From contig CAXXJV010000001.1 of assembly GCA_963663475.2 (NCBI GenBank), positions 1,344,001-1,408,000 on the forward strand: 64,000 nt of DNA. Direction: 5' to 3'. Below the pieces are notes generated by a model. That model was not told the DNA's origin and did no database searches. It saw nothing but the letters and a program-made list of their open reading frames with translations. This stretch comes from Candidatus Cloacimonadales bacterium (GTDB lineage: Bacteria; Cloacimonadota; Cloacimonadia; Cloacimonadales; JAFGVF01). Below, piece after piece: positions 1 through 9,309 of the stretch (positions are counted from its first letter, which is position 1; the number at the start of each line of letters is the position of its first letter). Made by a program: the position numbers and the translations under genes.

Positions 1-320
1 AAATATTAAGAAGGTCTCTAGTTAATAATCAAATAATACAAATACCTAAAATTTGTAATGATTATAATACTCTTAATATATTAATTACACAAATCTTTCC
101 TAAAGTACATATATATATATTATAGCATTTATATATCCTTAAAGAAAGACCAAGTCTATAACAATCACTTAGATTTGGTCACAAAAGACAAGTCAGATTA
201 CTAAGTGTTGAAAATATTCAACACAGCGTCTGTTTTGACACAGATTAAAAAAATAAAAAAAAGGATATTAAAATGAAAAAGATAATAATAATGATGTTAG
301 TCTTGATGACTGTTGGGATA
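1..320 (+). repeat. Partial copy 1 of the cassette leader + signal-peptide block
   Basis: Near-identical to 3100-3417 and ~8606-8929; starts before the window edge. Confidence 0.95.
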
Positions 321-611
321 ATGAGTGCAGCTGTAGTTAAAATTGGTGCAGATACGTACGTGAGAAATTTATCATTTAGACGTGCTGATTCAGGAACAGA
401 TTTTGAAGAAGGATTTACTGATTATTCCTTCCATATTAATGTATCATATAAATTGGGGCTACAAGAATTAAGATTTGAATACCTCGATGTTGATACAGGA
501 CAATGGCTTTTCTATTATGATTTCATAGGTGTTTATTCGTTGCAAACTGAACAATGGAGATACTATCAATTAATGACTGCTTATCCTCCAACGGATCCAA
601 TAAATCAATAA
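273..611 (+). CDS. Small secreted protein, cassette 1 (invariant signal peptide, Pro-rich C-terminus PPTDPINQ)
   Basis: AAGGA RBS; MKKIIIMMLVLMTVGI signal peptide shared with 3370 and 8882. Confidence 0.85.
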   Translation: MKKIIIMMLVLMTVGIMSAAVVKIGADTYVRNLSFRRADSGTDFEEGFTDYSFHINVSYKLGLQELRFEYLDVDTGQWLFYYDFIGVYSLQTEQWRYYQLMTAYPPTDPINQ

Positions 612-622
612 ATACAACATTA

Positions 623-647
623 ATATGGGCAGATTTTCTGCCCATAT
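623..647 (+). terminator. Intercistronic stem-loop between small and large gene
   Basis: ATATGGGCAGA-TTT-TCTGCCCATAT inverted repeat, no U-tract. Confidence 0.55.
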
Positions 648-660
648 AAAAGGAAAAATA

Positions 661-2940
661 ATGCGTATAAAATATGTTTTGCTAATTTGGATGTTATTAC
701 TATTAAGCTTATTATATTGCGATTTAGATCATCAACAAAGTGATATGTTGTATGATGGTTATAGGGTGCAATACTTAGGAAACAATGTTGTAAGGAGTTT
801 AAATAGAGTTTTATTGTTTGATAGTTATGGTATTACAGTTTATGAAACAATAGAAAATGACTTAGATGAAATTCTAACCTTAAATCTACCTAAGGTCAAA
901 CTGATTGATATGAACAGTAGCTATATAGCTTTAGTAATTTTTAGTGCAGAAGGAGGGCCTTATTATTCTCATAAGTTACTTGTTTATGATATTTCTCAGA
1001 TTAATCAACCTTATATAGTCTATGAAGAAGAATCAAACATATTAGAAGTATTTTTAACTAGTAACTATTTAATTTTAGATAAATATGATAGGGTTGAAGT
1101 TTATGATATAGAGACATTTGAAATAATTAATACCTATAATGATATATCTTTAAAGCAAAATATCCATGATTCAATATATTTTACTGTAAAGAATCAAAGT
1201 CAAAACATCTATTATTTATGTTATCTAGATGAAAATGGTCAACTGATCCAAGATTATAATCTGGGGCCTAACTTTGGTAAGGTAGCAATTAAAAATGAAC
1301 AACTTTTGTATTGCTATCAAGGATTTATTGATTTTTATAATATCACAGATTCTGATAGTCTCACATTTCAGAGGACCTTTGCATTATCACATTTTGCAGA
1401 GCTTGAACTCCCGGGACTATTAATATTTGATAATACAATGGTAGTCCCATGCTATTCTAATGATAATGAACTAATTTCTCAGTTAACCTATTATGATATT
1501 AGCGATATTGATAACATTAACGAACTAGGAAGTTATGAGTTTTTTCCTGAAATGGGGCAATACAAGGACATGAGAGTTTATGATACCATCCAATGGAATA
1601 ATAATTTCTTAATGGTCATAAAAGGTTTTGGTGTTATTTATTCAGACCATAATAACTTCTTGGATGATTATACAATATTAAAGTATAGTAGAGCACCAAT
1701 TATTAGTAAAAATATTAATACTAAACTATATGTCAACTATAATAATATTCTTGGTTTTAATAATATTTTTGATATAAGTTCACTGAGTAATATTACTCAG
1801 ATAGAAAATTCAGATTCTTTAGGAACCCTGCATTGGTTTGAAGCAGAAGATAATCAATATGTTATTAATAATAACTTTAGGGATAGGACTTTCTTATTAT
1901 ATAGTTTTAATGATGATAGTCTCAACTATATTACTACTTTCGAACTTCCTCAAGAACTAAATAATTGGCAACAACAAATCTCTCTAAATCTATGGAATGG
2001 GCATGATTTAATATTTTCTTTTGGTGAAAGTATTTATTGGTATGGTTATGAAGATGGGATATTCTCGTTAATTAACCAAGATGAAGTTGCTGAAATTGAT
2101 TTAAGTATTAGGTGGTTTTATTACAACAATTACTTCTATAAAATATCTTATCAAGGTCTGCTTGAAGTTTATGTTATACAGAATAATTCATTGGATTTAG
2201 TTAACACAATTTACTGGTCTGATAATAATGGTCCATCTGGTTTCGTTAACCAGTGGGGAATAGAGGACGGGCTACTAACAATCGCTAATATTAATCCAAA
2301 TGGAGTATCAAAAATATATGATCTCAATGTTGATCCACTTAACTTAACAGCTGAAATTGATTTGGATTACTATCTTATGAATAGCAGGGTTAAAAGATAT
2401 GGGGATTATTACTTCTTTACTGGTTGTGATAATGAAAACTATACACCTTATCAGTTTTATGAACAACTTTCATACTTCAATATATATAAGAAAGTTGGTG
2501 ATGAGTTTATAAGAGTTGGTGATATTTATAATCATCGTCAAACATGGGATTTCGAAATAGTATTTCAAGGTCCAGATGATTTTACTGTCTTTCTCTGCTC
2601 AACTCGTGGTATTGATGTATACTCCTGTCAAGCTACCCCCAACGGTAACCTAGATATCACACCTGTAATCTTAAATTCTTCTAACTATCCTAACCCCTTT
2701 AATCCCGAAACGACTATCTCTTATAACATCCCTAAGAAAGGTAATGTTACAGTCGATATTTATAACATTAAAGGACAGAAGGTCAAGTCCTTACTTAATG
2801 AAGAGCAAGAAGCAGGTAAACACTCCATCATTTGGAAGGGGAATAATGATAAGGGGCAGAAAGTTAGTTCAGGAACATATCTTTATAGGGTAAAAAGTGG
2901 AGATGAGGAAATTGTTAATAAAATGATGCTGGTGAAGTGA
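661..2940 (+). CDS. Large secreted beta-rich (propeller-like) protein with C-terminal FlgD-Ig / T9SS-type sorting domain
   Basis: Signal peptide from ATG 661 after AAGGAAA; C-terminal NYPNPFNPETTISY...SSGTYLYRV...KMMLVK; YDIS-type repeats. Confidence 0.9.
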   Translation: MRIKYVLLIWMLLLLSLLYCDLDHQQSDMLYDGYRVQYLGNNVVRSLNRVLLFDSYGITVYETIENDLDEILTLNLPKVKLIDMNSSYIALVIFSAEGGPYYSHKLLVYDISQINQPYIVYEEESNILEVFLTSNYLILDKYDRVEVYDIETFEIINTYNDISLKQNIHDSIYFTVKNQSQNIYYLCYLDENGQLIQDYNLGPNFGKVAIKNEQLLYCYQGFIDFYNITDSDSLTFQRTFALSHFAELELPGLLIFDNTMVVPCYSNDNELISQLTYYDISDIDNINELGSYEFFPEMGQYKDMRVYDTIQWNNNFLMVIKGFGVIYSDHNNFLDDYTILKYSRAPIISKNINTKLYVNYNNILGFNNIFDISSLSNITQIENSDSLGTLHWFEAEDNQYVINNNFRDRTFLLYSFNDDSLNYITTFELPQELNNWQQQISLNLWNGHDLIFSFGESIYWYGYEDGIFSLINQDEVAEIDLSIRWFYYNNYFYKISYQGLLEVYVIQNNSLDLVNTIYWSDNNGPSGFVNQWGIEDGLLTIANINPNGVSKIYDLNVDPLNLTAEIDLDYYLMNSRVKRYGDYYFFTGCDNENYTPYQFYEQLSYFNIYKKVGDEFIRVGDIYNHRQTWDFEIVFQGPDDFTVFLCSTRGIDVYSCQATPNGNLDITPVILNSSNYPNPFNPETTISYNIPKKGNVTVDIYNIKGQKVKSLLNEEQEAGKHSIIWKGNNDKGQKVSSGTYLYRVKSGDEEIVNKMMLVK

Positions 2941-3033
2941 TTTGATGTGAAACAAGAGATAAATAATTAATCATAATTCAATAATAATAAAAGCTCATAG
3001 AATAATCAATATTTATAAAAATGAATAAAAATA

Positions 3034-3061
3034 TTGACAAAATAATTATTGAAAGTATAGT
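3034..3061 (+). promoter_or_regulatory. Sigma70-like promoter of cassette 2 (copy at 8540-8567)
   Basis: TTGACA-16-TATAGT. Confidence 0.55.
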
Positions 3062-3095
3062 TTGTAATATAAAATAAAAAAGGAAAGCAAATATA

Positions 3096-3239
3096 ATGAA
3101 AATATTAAGAAGGTCTCTAGTTAATAATCAAATAATACAAATACGTAAAATATGTAATGATTATAATACTCTTAATATATTAATTACACAAATCTTTCCT
3201 AAAGTACATATATATATTAGAGCATTTAAGTATCTTTAA
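3096..3239 (+). CDS. Putative 47-aa leader peptide (uORF) spanning the (AT)n tract
   Basis: AAGGAA RBS, ATG, open for 47 codons in very AT-rich DNA; paralog 8602-8730 (42 aa). Confidence 0.35.
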   Translation: MKILRRSLVNNQIIQIRKICNDYNTLNILITQIFPKVHIYIRAFKYL

Positions 3240-3369
3240 AGAAAGACCAAGTCTATAACAATCACTTAGATTTGGTCACAAAAGACAAGTCAGATTACTA
3301 AGTGTTGAAAATATTCAACACAGCGTCTGTTTTGACACAGATTAAAAAAATAAAAAAAAGGATATTAAA

Positions 3370-3732
3370 ATGAAAAAGATAATAATAATAATGTTAGTCT
3401 TGATGACTGTTGGGATAGTTTGTGCTTATGATGCAGTTGCCGTAGCAGAAAACAATACTGGTAGGGTAATTACAGTAGGTATTGCTTTCATGGGTACTAA
3501 TAATTATCAGCAAGTTACAACTACAAGCGGTGCTGCGAATCTTCTAGGTTGGACGGGTTTACCTTATGATATTATTGCAGTTATTGGTACAAATATAAAT
3601 ATTAGAATACCTGGATACTATCAAGTTAAACAAGTTACATTAGAACATGGCTCTTCTCCTAATAATAAAGTGATATTTGATTTTTCACATCTTGATCCTG
3701 TAAAACCTGGAGATCCAGGACAAAATCAGTAA
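3370..3732 (+). CDS. Small secreted protein, cassette 2 (C-terminus DPVKPGDPGQNQ)
   Basis: Shared signal peptide and RBS; followed by GCCCCCAAG/CTTGGGGGC hairpin at 3742-3769. Confidence 0.85.
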   Translation: MKKIIIIMLVLMTVGIVCAYDAVAVAENNTGRVITVGIAFMGTNNYQQVTTTSGAANLLGWTGLPYDIIAVIGTNINIRIPGYYQVKQVTLEHGSSPNNKVIFDFSHLDPVKPGDPGQNQ

Positions 3733-3781
3733 ATAATTATCGCCCCCAAGCTAAGTAAAACTTGGGGGCAAAGGATAAAAT

Positions 3782-6025
3782 ATGAAACTCTTACATTTAT
3801 ATATTTTGCTTCTGTCTTTATCATCTTTATCTTGTCTTGACTTAGATTTATCTAGTTTTACTGAATTTGGAGAGACTACAGGAACAGACTTTGGTTGCAA
3901 TTTCTATCATATAAAAGATGATTATTTATTGAGTGGAACTACAAAGGGTTTTTCTATATATCAATCCGAGGAAGATGGAAGCCTCACATTAATTGATACT
4001 TTAAATACAGAAAAATTTAACGCTCTGACTTGTAATGAGAATTATCTTGCAATAAGCAAATCGCTAATGCCAAATATTGATATCTATAATATTAGTGATA
4101 TGGAAAATATTTATTATTCTCACACTATACAGACTAATTTTAATTTGCAAGGAATTAAATTACTTAGTAATAATCACTTGTTAGTTAACAAACTTAATGA
4201 TCATTCTATGCTTCTTGATATAACTAATGGAAATGAAATAATCAGTTATCCCCAATATTTATTTCGAACAGAATCTATAATTGAAGATGAAGAGATGCTA
4301 GCTTATGATTTATCATCTATGACATTGGAATGGGTTTCTCTTAATGATCAAAATCAAATTGTGCTGTTAAAATCTGAAAATAGAACCATTGATTATGCGT
4401 CTAGTAGTTCAGATTTAATCTTCCTTGCAGTAGATAATTACATAAAAATGTATAATGATATTTATGAAGAGGTCGCTCTCGATTCTATTTCAGTAAACTG
4501 GTATGATATATCTTTCGCTTATCGAGGTATAGAAATATTTGATTCGAATTTGCTTTTTATAGATGCTGATTTTAATCCCATTTCGCAGATGGATGAACCA
4601 GTTCTTAATGTTTATGAACTTACCGATGATAATTTACTGTACATGGCTCAAGAATTTTTTTTAGAGAACTGGGATAATAGGGGTTATTTTTTAACCCAGA
4701 AAGTTATTTCATGTAATGATAAGATTTACGTTAATGCAGAGGTAGAAGGAATTAAAGGATATCAAATATATGATAATCAAGTTGTACTGATTAGTCAATA
4801 TGGAGAAATAGCTTACTGGGAAAACTCATTCTTATGTAAGGATAATAAGATATATTTAAATGCGAGAAACAAAAATAGAGAATGTATTATTTATGAGTTT
4901 AGTACTCCAGAAAATCTCATACAAATTGAACATGATTTGCCATATGGTCAATATAATACTTTTCCTTATCAATCAGATTATATATATAAGAAGTCATATT
5001 TAAATAATGAAATTGAATTTTACCATTTCAATATAGATGATAGTGAAACTCTCATAGGATCTATTCCTGTAGAATATAATTATTTATATTTTAATTTCAT
5101 TCCATTGATGATAAACAGTGACTACATTGTTTATCAATTTCTCAATGATATTTATATTGGTCATTTTGATAATGGAATATTTTTCGAAAATCATACTTTT
5201 AATTTAGGCTCAAGCAATACTCAACGGGAGTTCACAGCTTTCATGAGAAATGGGTATTTATACAGTTTGGCTACACATACAAATCAAATTCAGATCTTTG
5301 ATATTGATGAGAATAATCATGAACTAATTGCAACTGATACTTCTCACTATTTCAATATAAATCAAGCCTTACCTATTATACAATTAAACGAAAAGTATAT
5401 TTGTTTTAGAGGTAGAGGGAATTATAACTATCTTATTGAGCTATCTCCTGATGAGATCAATATTATAGACATTTATCGACTAGATATTGATGATATTGCT
5501 TTCAACAATATAGGTGAATACTTCTTTATGGTGTATTCTTCTAGTAGTACACTTGAGATTAAAGAATTTGATCACTTTGATGAGCCTCATTTCCATTTGA
5601 TTGATACTATTAATTTCTCCTCAAATATACAATCTATAGATTTAATACATCAGAATGAGAATATTTATAATATGATAGTAACAACTATGGGCTCTATCTT
5701 TTACTTCCAATGTGCAATAACCCCCAACGGTAACTTAGATATCACACCTGTAATCTTAAATTCTTCTAACTATCCTAACCCCTTTAATCCCGAAACGACT
5801 ATCTCTTATAACATACCTAAGAAAGGTAATGTTACCGTCGATATTTATAACATTAAAGGACAGAAGGTCAAGTCTTTACTTAAAGAAGAGCAAGACGCAG
5901 GTAAACACTCCATCATTTGGAAGGGGAATAATGATAAGGGGCAGAAAGTTAGTTCAGGAACATATCTTTATAGGGTAAAAAGTGGAGATGAGGAAATTGT
6001 TAATAAAATGATGTTGGTGAAATAG
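3782..6025 (+). CDS. Large secreted protein with FlgD-Ig / T9SS-type C-terminal domain
   Basis: Signal peptide; same near-identical CTD. Confidence 0.9.
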   Translation: MKLLHLYILLLSLSSLSCLDLDLSSFTEFGETTGTDFGCNFYHIKDDYLLSGTTKGFSIYQSEEDGSLTLIDTLNTEKFNALTCNENYLAISKSLMPNIDIYNISDMENIYYSHTIQTNFNLQGIKLLSNNHLLVNKLNDHSMLLDITNGNEIISYPQYLFRTESIIEDEEMLAYDLSSMTLEWVSLNDQNQIVLLKSENRTIDYASSSSDLIFLAVDNYIKMYNDIYEEVALDSISVNWYDISFAYRGIEIFDSNLLFIDADFNPISQMDEPVLNVYELTDDNLLYMAQEFFLENWDNRGYFLTQKVISCNDKIYVNAEVEGIKGYQIYDNQVVLISQYGEIAYWENSFLCKDNKIYLNARNKNRECIIYEFSTPENLIQIEHDLPYGQYNTFPYQSDYIYKKSYLNNEIEFYHFNIDDSETLIGSIPVEYNYLYFNFIPLMINSDYIVYQFLNDIYIGHFDNGIFFENHTFNLGSSNTQREFTAFMRNGYLYSLATHTNQIQIFDIDENNHELIATDTSHYFNINQALPIIQLNEKYICFRGRGNYNYLIELSPDEINIIDIYRLDIDDIAFNNIGEYFFMVYSSSSTLEIKEFDHFDEPHFHLIDTINFSSNIQSIDLIHQNENIYNMIVTTMGSIFYFQCAITPNGNLDITPVILNSSNYPNPFNPETTISYNIPKKGNVTVDIYNIKGQKVKSLLKEEQDAGKHSIIWKGNNDKGQKVSSGTYLYRVKSGDEEIVNKMMLVK

Positions 6026-6211
6026 TGACTTTCTGGATAAGAGTGAGAGAAAAACAAACTTGTCTTTAATATGAAATAGTAATTATTGGATTTCTGTAAA
6101 TATACAAGTATAAATGGTTATTTTTCATAAAGTCCAAGATTGTGCTAGCAATACAAAAAAATGAAGTGAGATTAGGAGATAAAGCTCCTATTCTTTAAAA
6201 AAGGAGTAATT

Positions 6212-8446
6212 ATGAAAAAAGATATACTGATAATAATCACTTTATTATTTACTTTGAATCTCTTTTGTGAGTTAGATTATCAATTAGAATCAGAGTTTGC
6301 TTTTGGTGGTATTGAGTATTTGAAATATTCGAATGGAAAGATAATGTCACGCAATGCCTATGGATATGCAATTTATGAGATTCAAGATAGCGGCAATTTA
6401 GAAACTATAAGTAATGTTAGATTTTCTCCATGGGCTAATCATTATTATTCATATGATAAATTAGGGGTATATAGTGGTTATTTTACTTTTGGTAGGCAAG
6501 AGGATTTAGGGTCTTATTTCACTATCTACGATACATCTATCCCTAACCAACAAACTATTCTTTATCATACTCAGATAAATATTGAAAATATGTTTTCAGC
6601 AGAACTGTTTGAGAATTACTTTATCCGAAAAACAGGGAATCACAGCTACACGGTCTTTGATTATAATACTTTTCAACCAGTTAGTTACGTAGATAACATA
6701 TCATTATTATATGATACAAAGGTCAATGATGAGGGAGCGGTACTTCATGATTATAGTGATAACTGTTACTACTATTATGTAATAGATGATACAGGAAATC
6801 TTCACAGGAAGTATAATTTAGGTTCAGAAGAGAGAAAAGTTGCTATTTCAGGAGACAGGTTAATCACTTACTCTATGGGTGATATTAAACTCTATAACAT
6901 AACAGAAAGTGATTCTTTAGAATATACAGGGTCTACTTTTTATAATAATAACCCCTTATTATCAGTTGCTTTTGCTGATAACAAAGTTATATTTACCTCT
7001 GAAGAAGGATTTAATCCAAAAGTATTAATGCTGGAAATGTATGAAATTGATGTTGAAAATAATTTTAATCTAATAGACTCTGAACAAATCTATAATAATC
7101 CAAATTCAAATCATATGCCTGAAAGTTCACTTGTAATACTCAATAACACATTATACATCAGTGTGATTGATAGAAAGTTTACGCAAGCCAATATCTCAAA
7201 TAACAGTATGGAAATATTAGATGTTAATTATATTGGAAAAGGTAGATCATCCTCCTATGGATTTGTTAAAAATAATATATTTTATACAATGTGTTTTGAA
7301 GAATTTACAAGTTTGGATAGTTATTCTCTAGAAAACCATTCTAATGTGCAAGAAATAGATAATAACTTCCCTGAAAAAAGTGCTTATTGGTATTTTCCAG
7401 AAAATGAGAAAATTGTTAGATTTGATGAAGAGGAAGCTTGTTTTTATTTTTATGATTGGATTAATGATGAGTTGATTCTTAAAGATTCTTATAATCTACA
7501 GGGTTTTGTAGATAATACTTTCCTCTCCACCTACAAATGGGATGGTAACCAGTTTATCTACCGGATTGATTCTTCTTTAATATCTGTAAAAAAAGAGAAT
7601 GGTAACTTTGTGGAAACGTGGATTTTAGATGATGGTTTATTATGCAATTATGAAGTTTATCAAAATTATATTTATCAACTTAAGTCTAATCAAGGGATTA
7701 AAGTTTATTCATTTGATGAGTCTGGATATCAGCTTGTTAACACTTCTACACTTCCTTTTGTTAGCAATTTTCCTGCTATATTCATCAAGGGGAACATATT
7801 AACAACTAACAGAAAAAATATAGTAGATTTATCAGTTGATCCAGAAGGGCTTTCTATGAGTTATGATTTGAATCAATTTACTATCAACTCTAGTGCATTA
7901 AAATATTACGACTATTTAATGTATTGTGGTAAAGAACTTATCGAGACTTCTGAAGGAGAAAATGTTCTCGATAATGTTTTATCAATTTATAAACTAATTA
8001 ATGATGTACCTATCAGGGTGGGTGCAATAGAATCAGACTACATGATTCAAGATTTTCAAATTTTAGATAATGGTTCGGAAGAGAGTTTTGATATTCTCTT
8101 GTCTCATAATAATTTCTTTTCCATCTACTCCTGTCAAGCTACCCCAAACGGTAACCTAGATATCACACCTGTAATCTTAAATTCTTCTAACTATCCTAAC
8201 CCTTTTAATCCCGAAACGACTATCTCTTATAACATACCTAAGAAAGGTAATGTTACAGTCGATATTTATAACATTAAAGGACAGAAGGTCAAGTCCTTAC
8301 TTAAAGAAGAGCAAGAAGCAGGTAAACACTCCATCATTTGGAAGGGGAATAATGATAAGGGACAGAAAGTTAGTTCAGGAACATATCTTTATAGGGTAAA
8401 AAGTGGAGATGAGGAAATTGTTAATAAAATGATGCTGGTGAAGTGA
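6212..8446 (+). CDS. Large secreted protein with FlgD-Ig / T9SS-type C-terminal domain (no small partner gene)
   Basis: AAGGAG RBS; signal peptide; CTD; full-length paralog of 9310-11562. Confidence 0.9.
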   Translation: MKKDILIIITLLFTLNLFCELDYQLESEFAFGGIEYLKYSNGKIMSRNAYGYAIYEIQDSGNLETISNVRFSPWANHYYSYDKLGVYSGYFTFGRQEDLGSYFTIYDTSIPNQQTILYHTQINIENMFSAELFENYFIRKTGNHSYTVFDYNTFQPVSYVDNISLLYDTKVNDEGAVLHDYSDNCYYYYVIDDTGNLHRKYNLGSEERKVAISGDRLITYSMGDIKLYNITESDSLEYTGSTFYNNNPLLSVAFADNKVIFTSEEGFNPKVLMLEMYEIDVENNFNLIDSEQIYNNPNSNHMPESSLVILNNTLYISVIDRKFTQANISNNSMEILDVNYIGKGRSSSYGFVKNNIFYTMCFEEFTSLDSYSLENHSNVQEIDNNFPEKSAYWYFPENEKIVRFDEEEACFYFYDWINDELILKDSYNLQGFVDNTFLSTYKWDGNQFIYRIDSSLISVKKENGNFVETWILDDGLLCNYEVYQNYIYQLKSNQGIKVYSFDESGYQLVNTSTLPFVSNFPAIFIKGNILTTNRKNIVDLSVDPEGLSMSYDLNQFTINSSALKYYDYLMYCGKELIETSEGENVLDNVLSIYKLINDVPIRVGAIESDYMIQDFQILDNGSEESFDILLSHNNFFSIYSCQATPNGNLDITPVILNSSNYPNPFNPETTISYNIPKKGNVTVDIYNIKGQKVKSLLKEEQEAGKHSIIWKGNNDKGQKVSSGTYLYRVKSGDEEIVNKMMLVK

Positions 8447-8929
8447 TTTGATGTGAAACAAGAGATAAATAATTAATCATAATTCAATAATAATAAAAGC
8501 TCATAGAATAATCAATATTTATAAAAATAAATAAAAAGATTGACAAAATAATTATTGAAAGTATAGATTGTAATATAAATTATAAAAGGAAAGCAAATAT
8601 AATGAAAATATTAAGAAGGTCTCTAGTTAATAATCAAATAATACAAATACCTAAAATTTGTAATGATTATAATACTCTTAATATATTAATTACACAAATC
8701 TTTCCTAAAGTACATATATATATATATTAGAGCATTTAAGTATCCTTAAAGAAAGACCAAGTCTATAACAATCACTTAGATTTGGTCACAAAAGACAAGT
8801 CAGATTACTAAGTGTTGAAAATATTCAACACAGCGTCTGTTTTGATACAGATTAAAAAAATAATAAATAAAGGAAACTATAATGAAAAAGATAATAATAA
8901 TGATGTTAGTCTTGATGACTGTTGGGATT
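8126..8929 (+). repeat. ~800-bp conserved block, copy 3
   Basis: Near-identical to 2620-3417. Confidence 0.95.
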
Positions 8930-9260
8930 TTAAGTGCTGGTACAATACAAATTTATTACTGATATGAAATTTTTTGAGAATGATATCACTCTTTATCGTA
9001 AAAATCTTGATTTAGGACCACATGAGCCTTATCGGCAAGAAGATATATCCAACAAATATAATAGTGAAACCAGAGAAATATATAACCTTGTTGAGGGGAA
9101 TAACCTTTATTGGGTTGTAATAGTAGGTGATCCTTTGCTTAACCTAGGTCCATGTGAAATTAATGTATCAGGTATTGACTTTAGAACCGGAAGTTATAAA
9201 ATAATAGAAAAAATGTTTTTCCATTTTCCTGTTGATCCAGGTACACCCATAACACAATAA
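8882..9260 (+). pseudogene. Small secreted protein, cassette 3, frameshifted near 8950 (or sequencing error)
   Basis: Signal peptide from ATG 8882 reads ...GTIQIYY-stop; body continues in +1 frame to FPVDPGTPITQ; hairpin 9270-9294 follows. Confidence 0.8.
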
Positions 9261-9309
9261 AATAACTACAGGGAGAGAAGTCTTTTCTCTCCCTATAAAG
9301 AGGTTAAAA

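Larger units (their letters stand above)
2620..3417 (+). repeat. ~800-bp conserved block (CTD coding + intergenic leader + signal peptide), copy 2
   Basis: Near-identical to 8126-8929; CTD part also at 5720-6025 and 11242-11562. Confidence 0.95.

Noticed and set aside
625-660. ATG 625 as start of the first large gene
   Set aside because: Lies within the hairpin; RBS and signal peptide fit ATG 661
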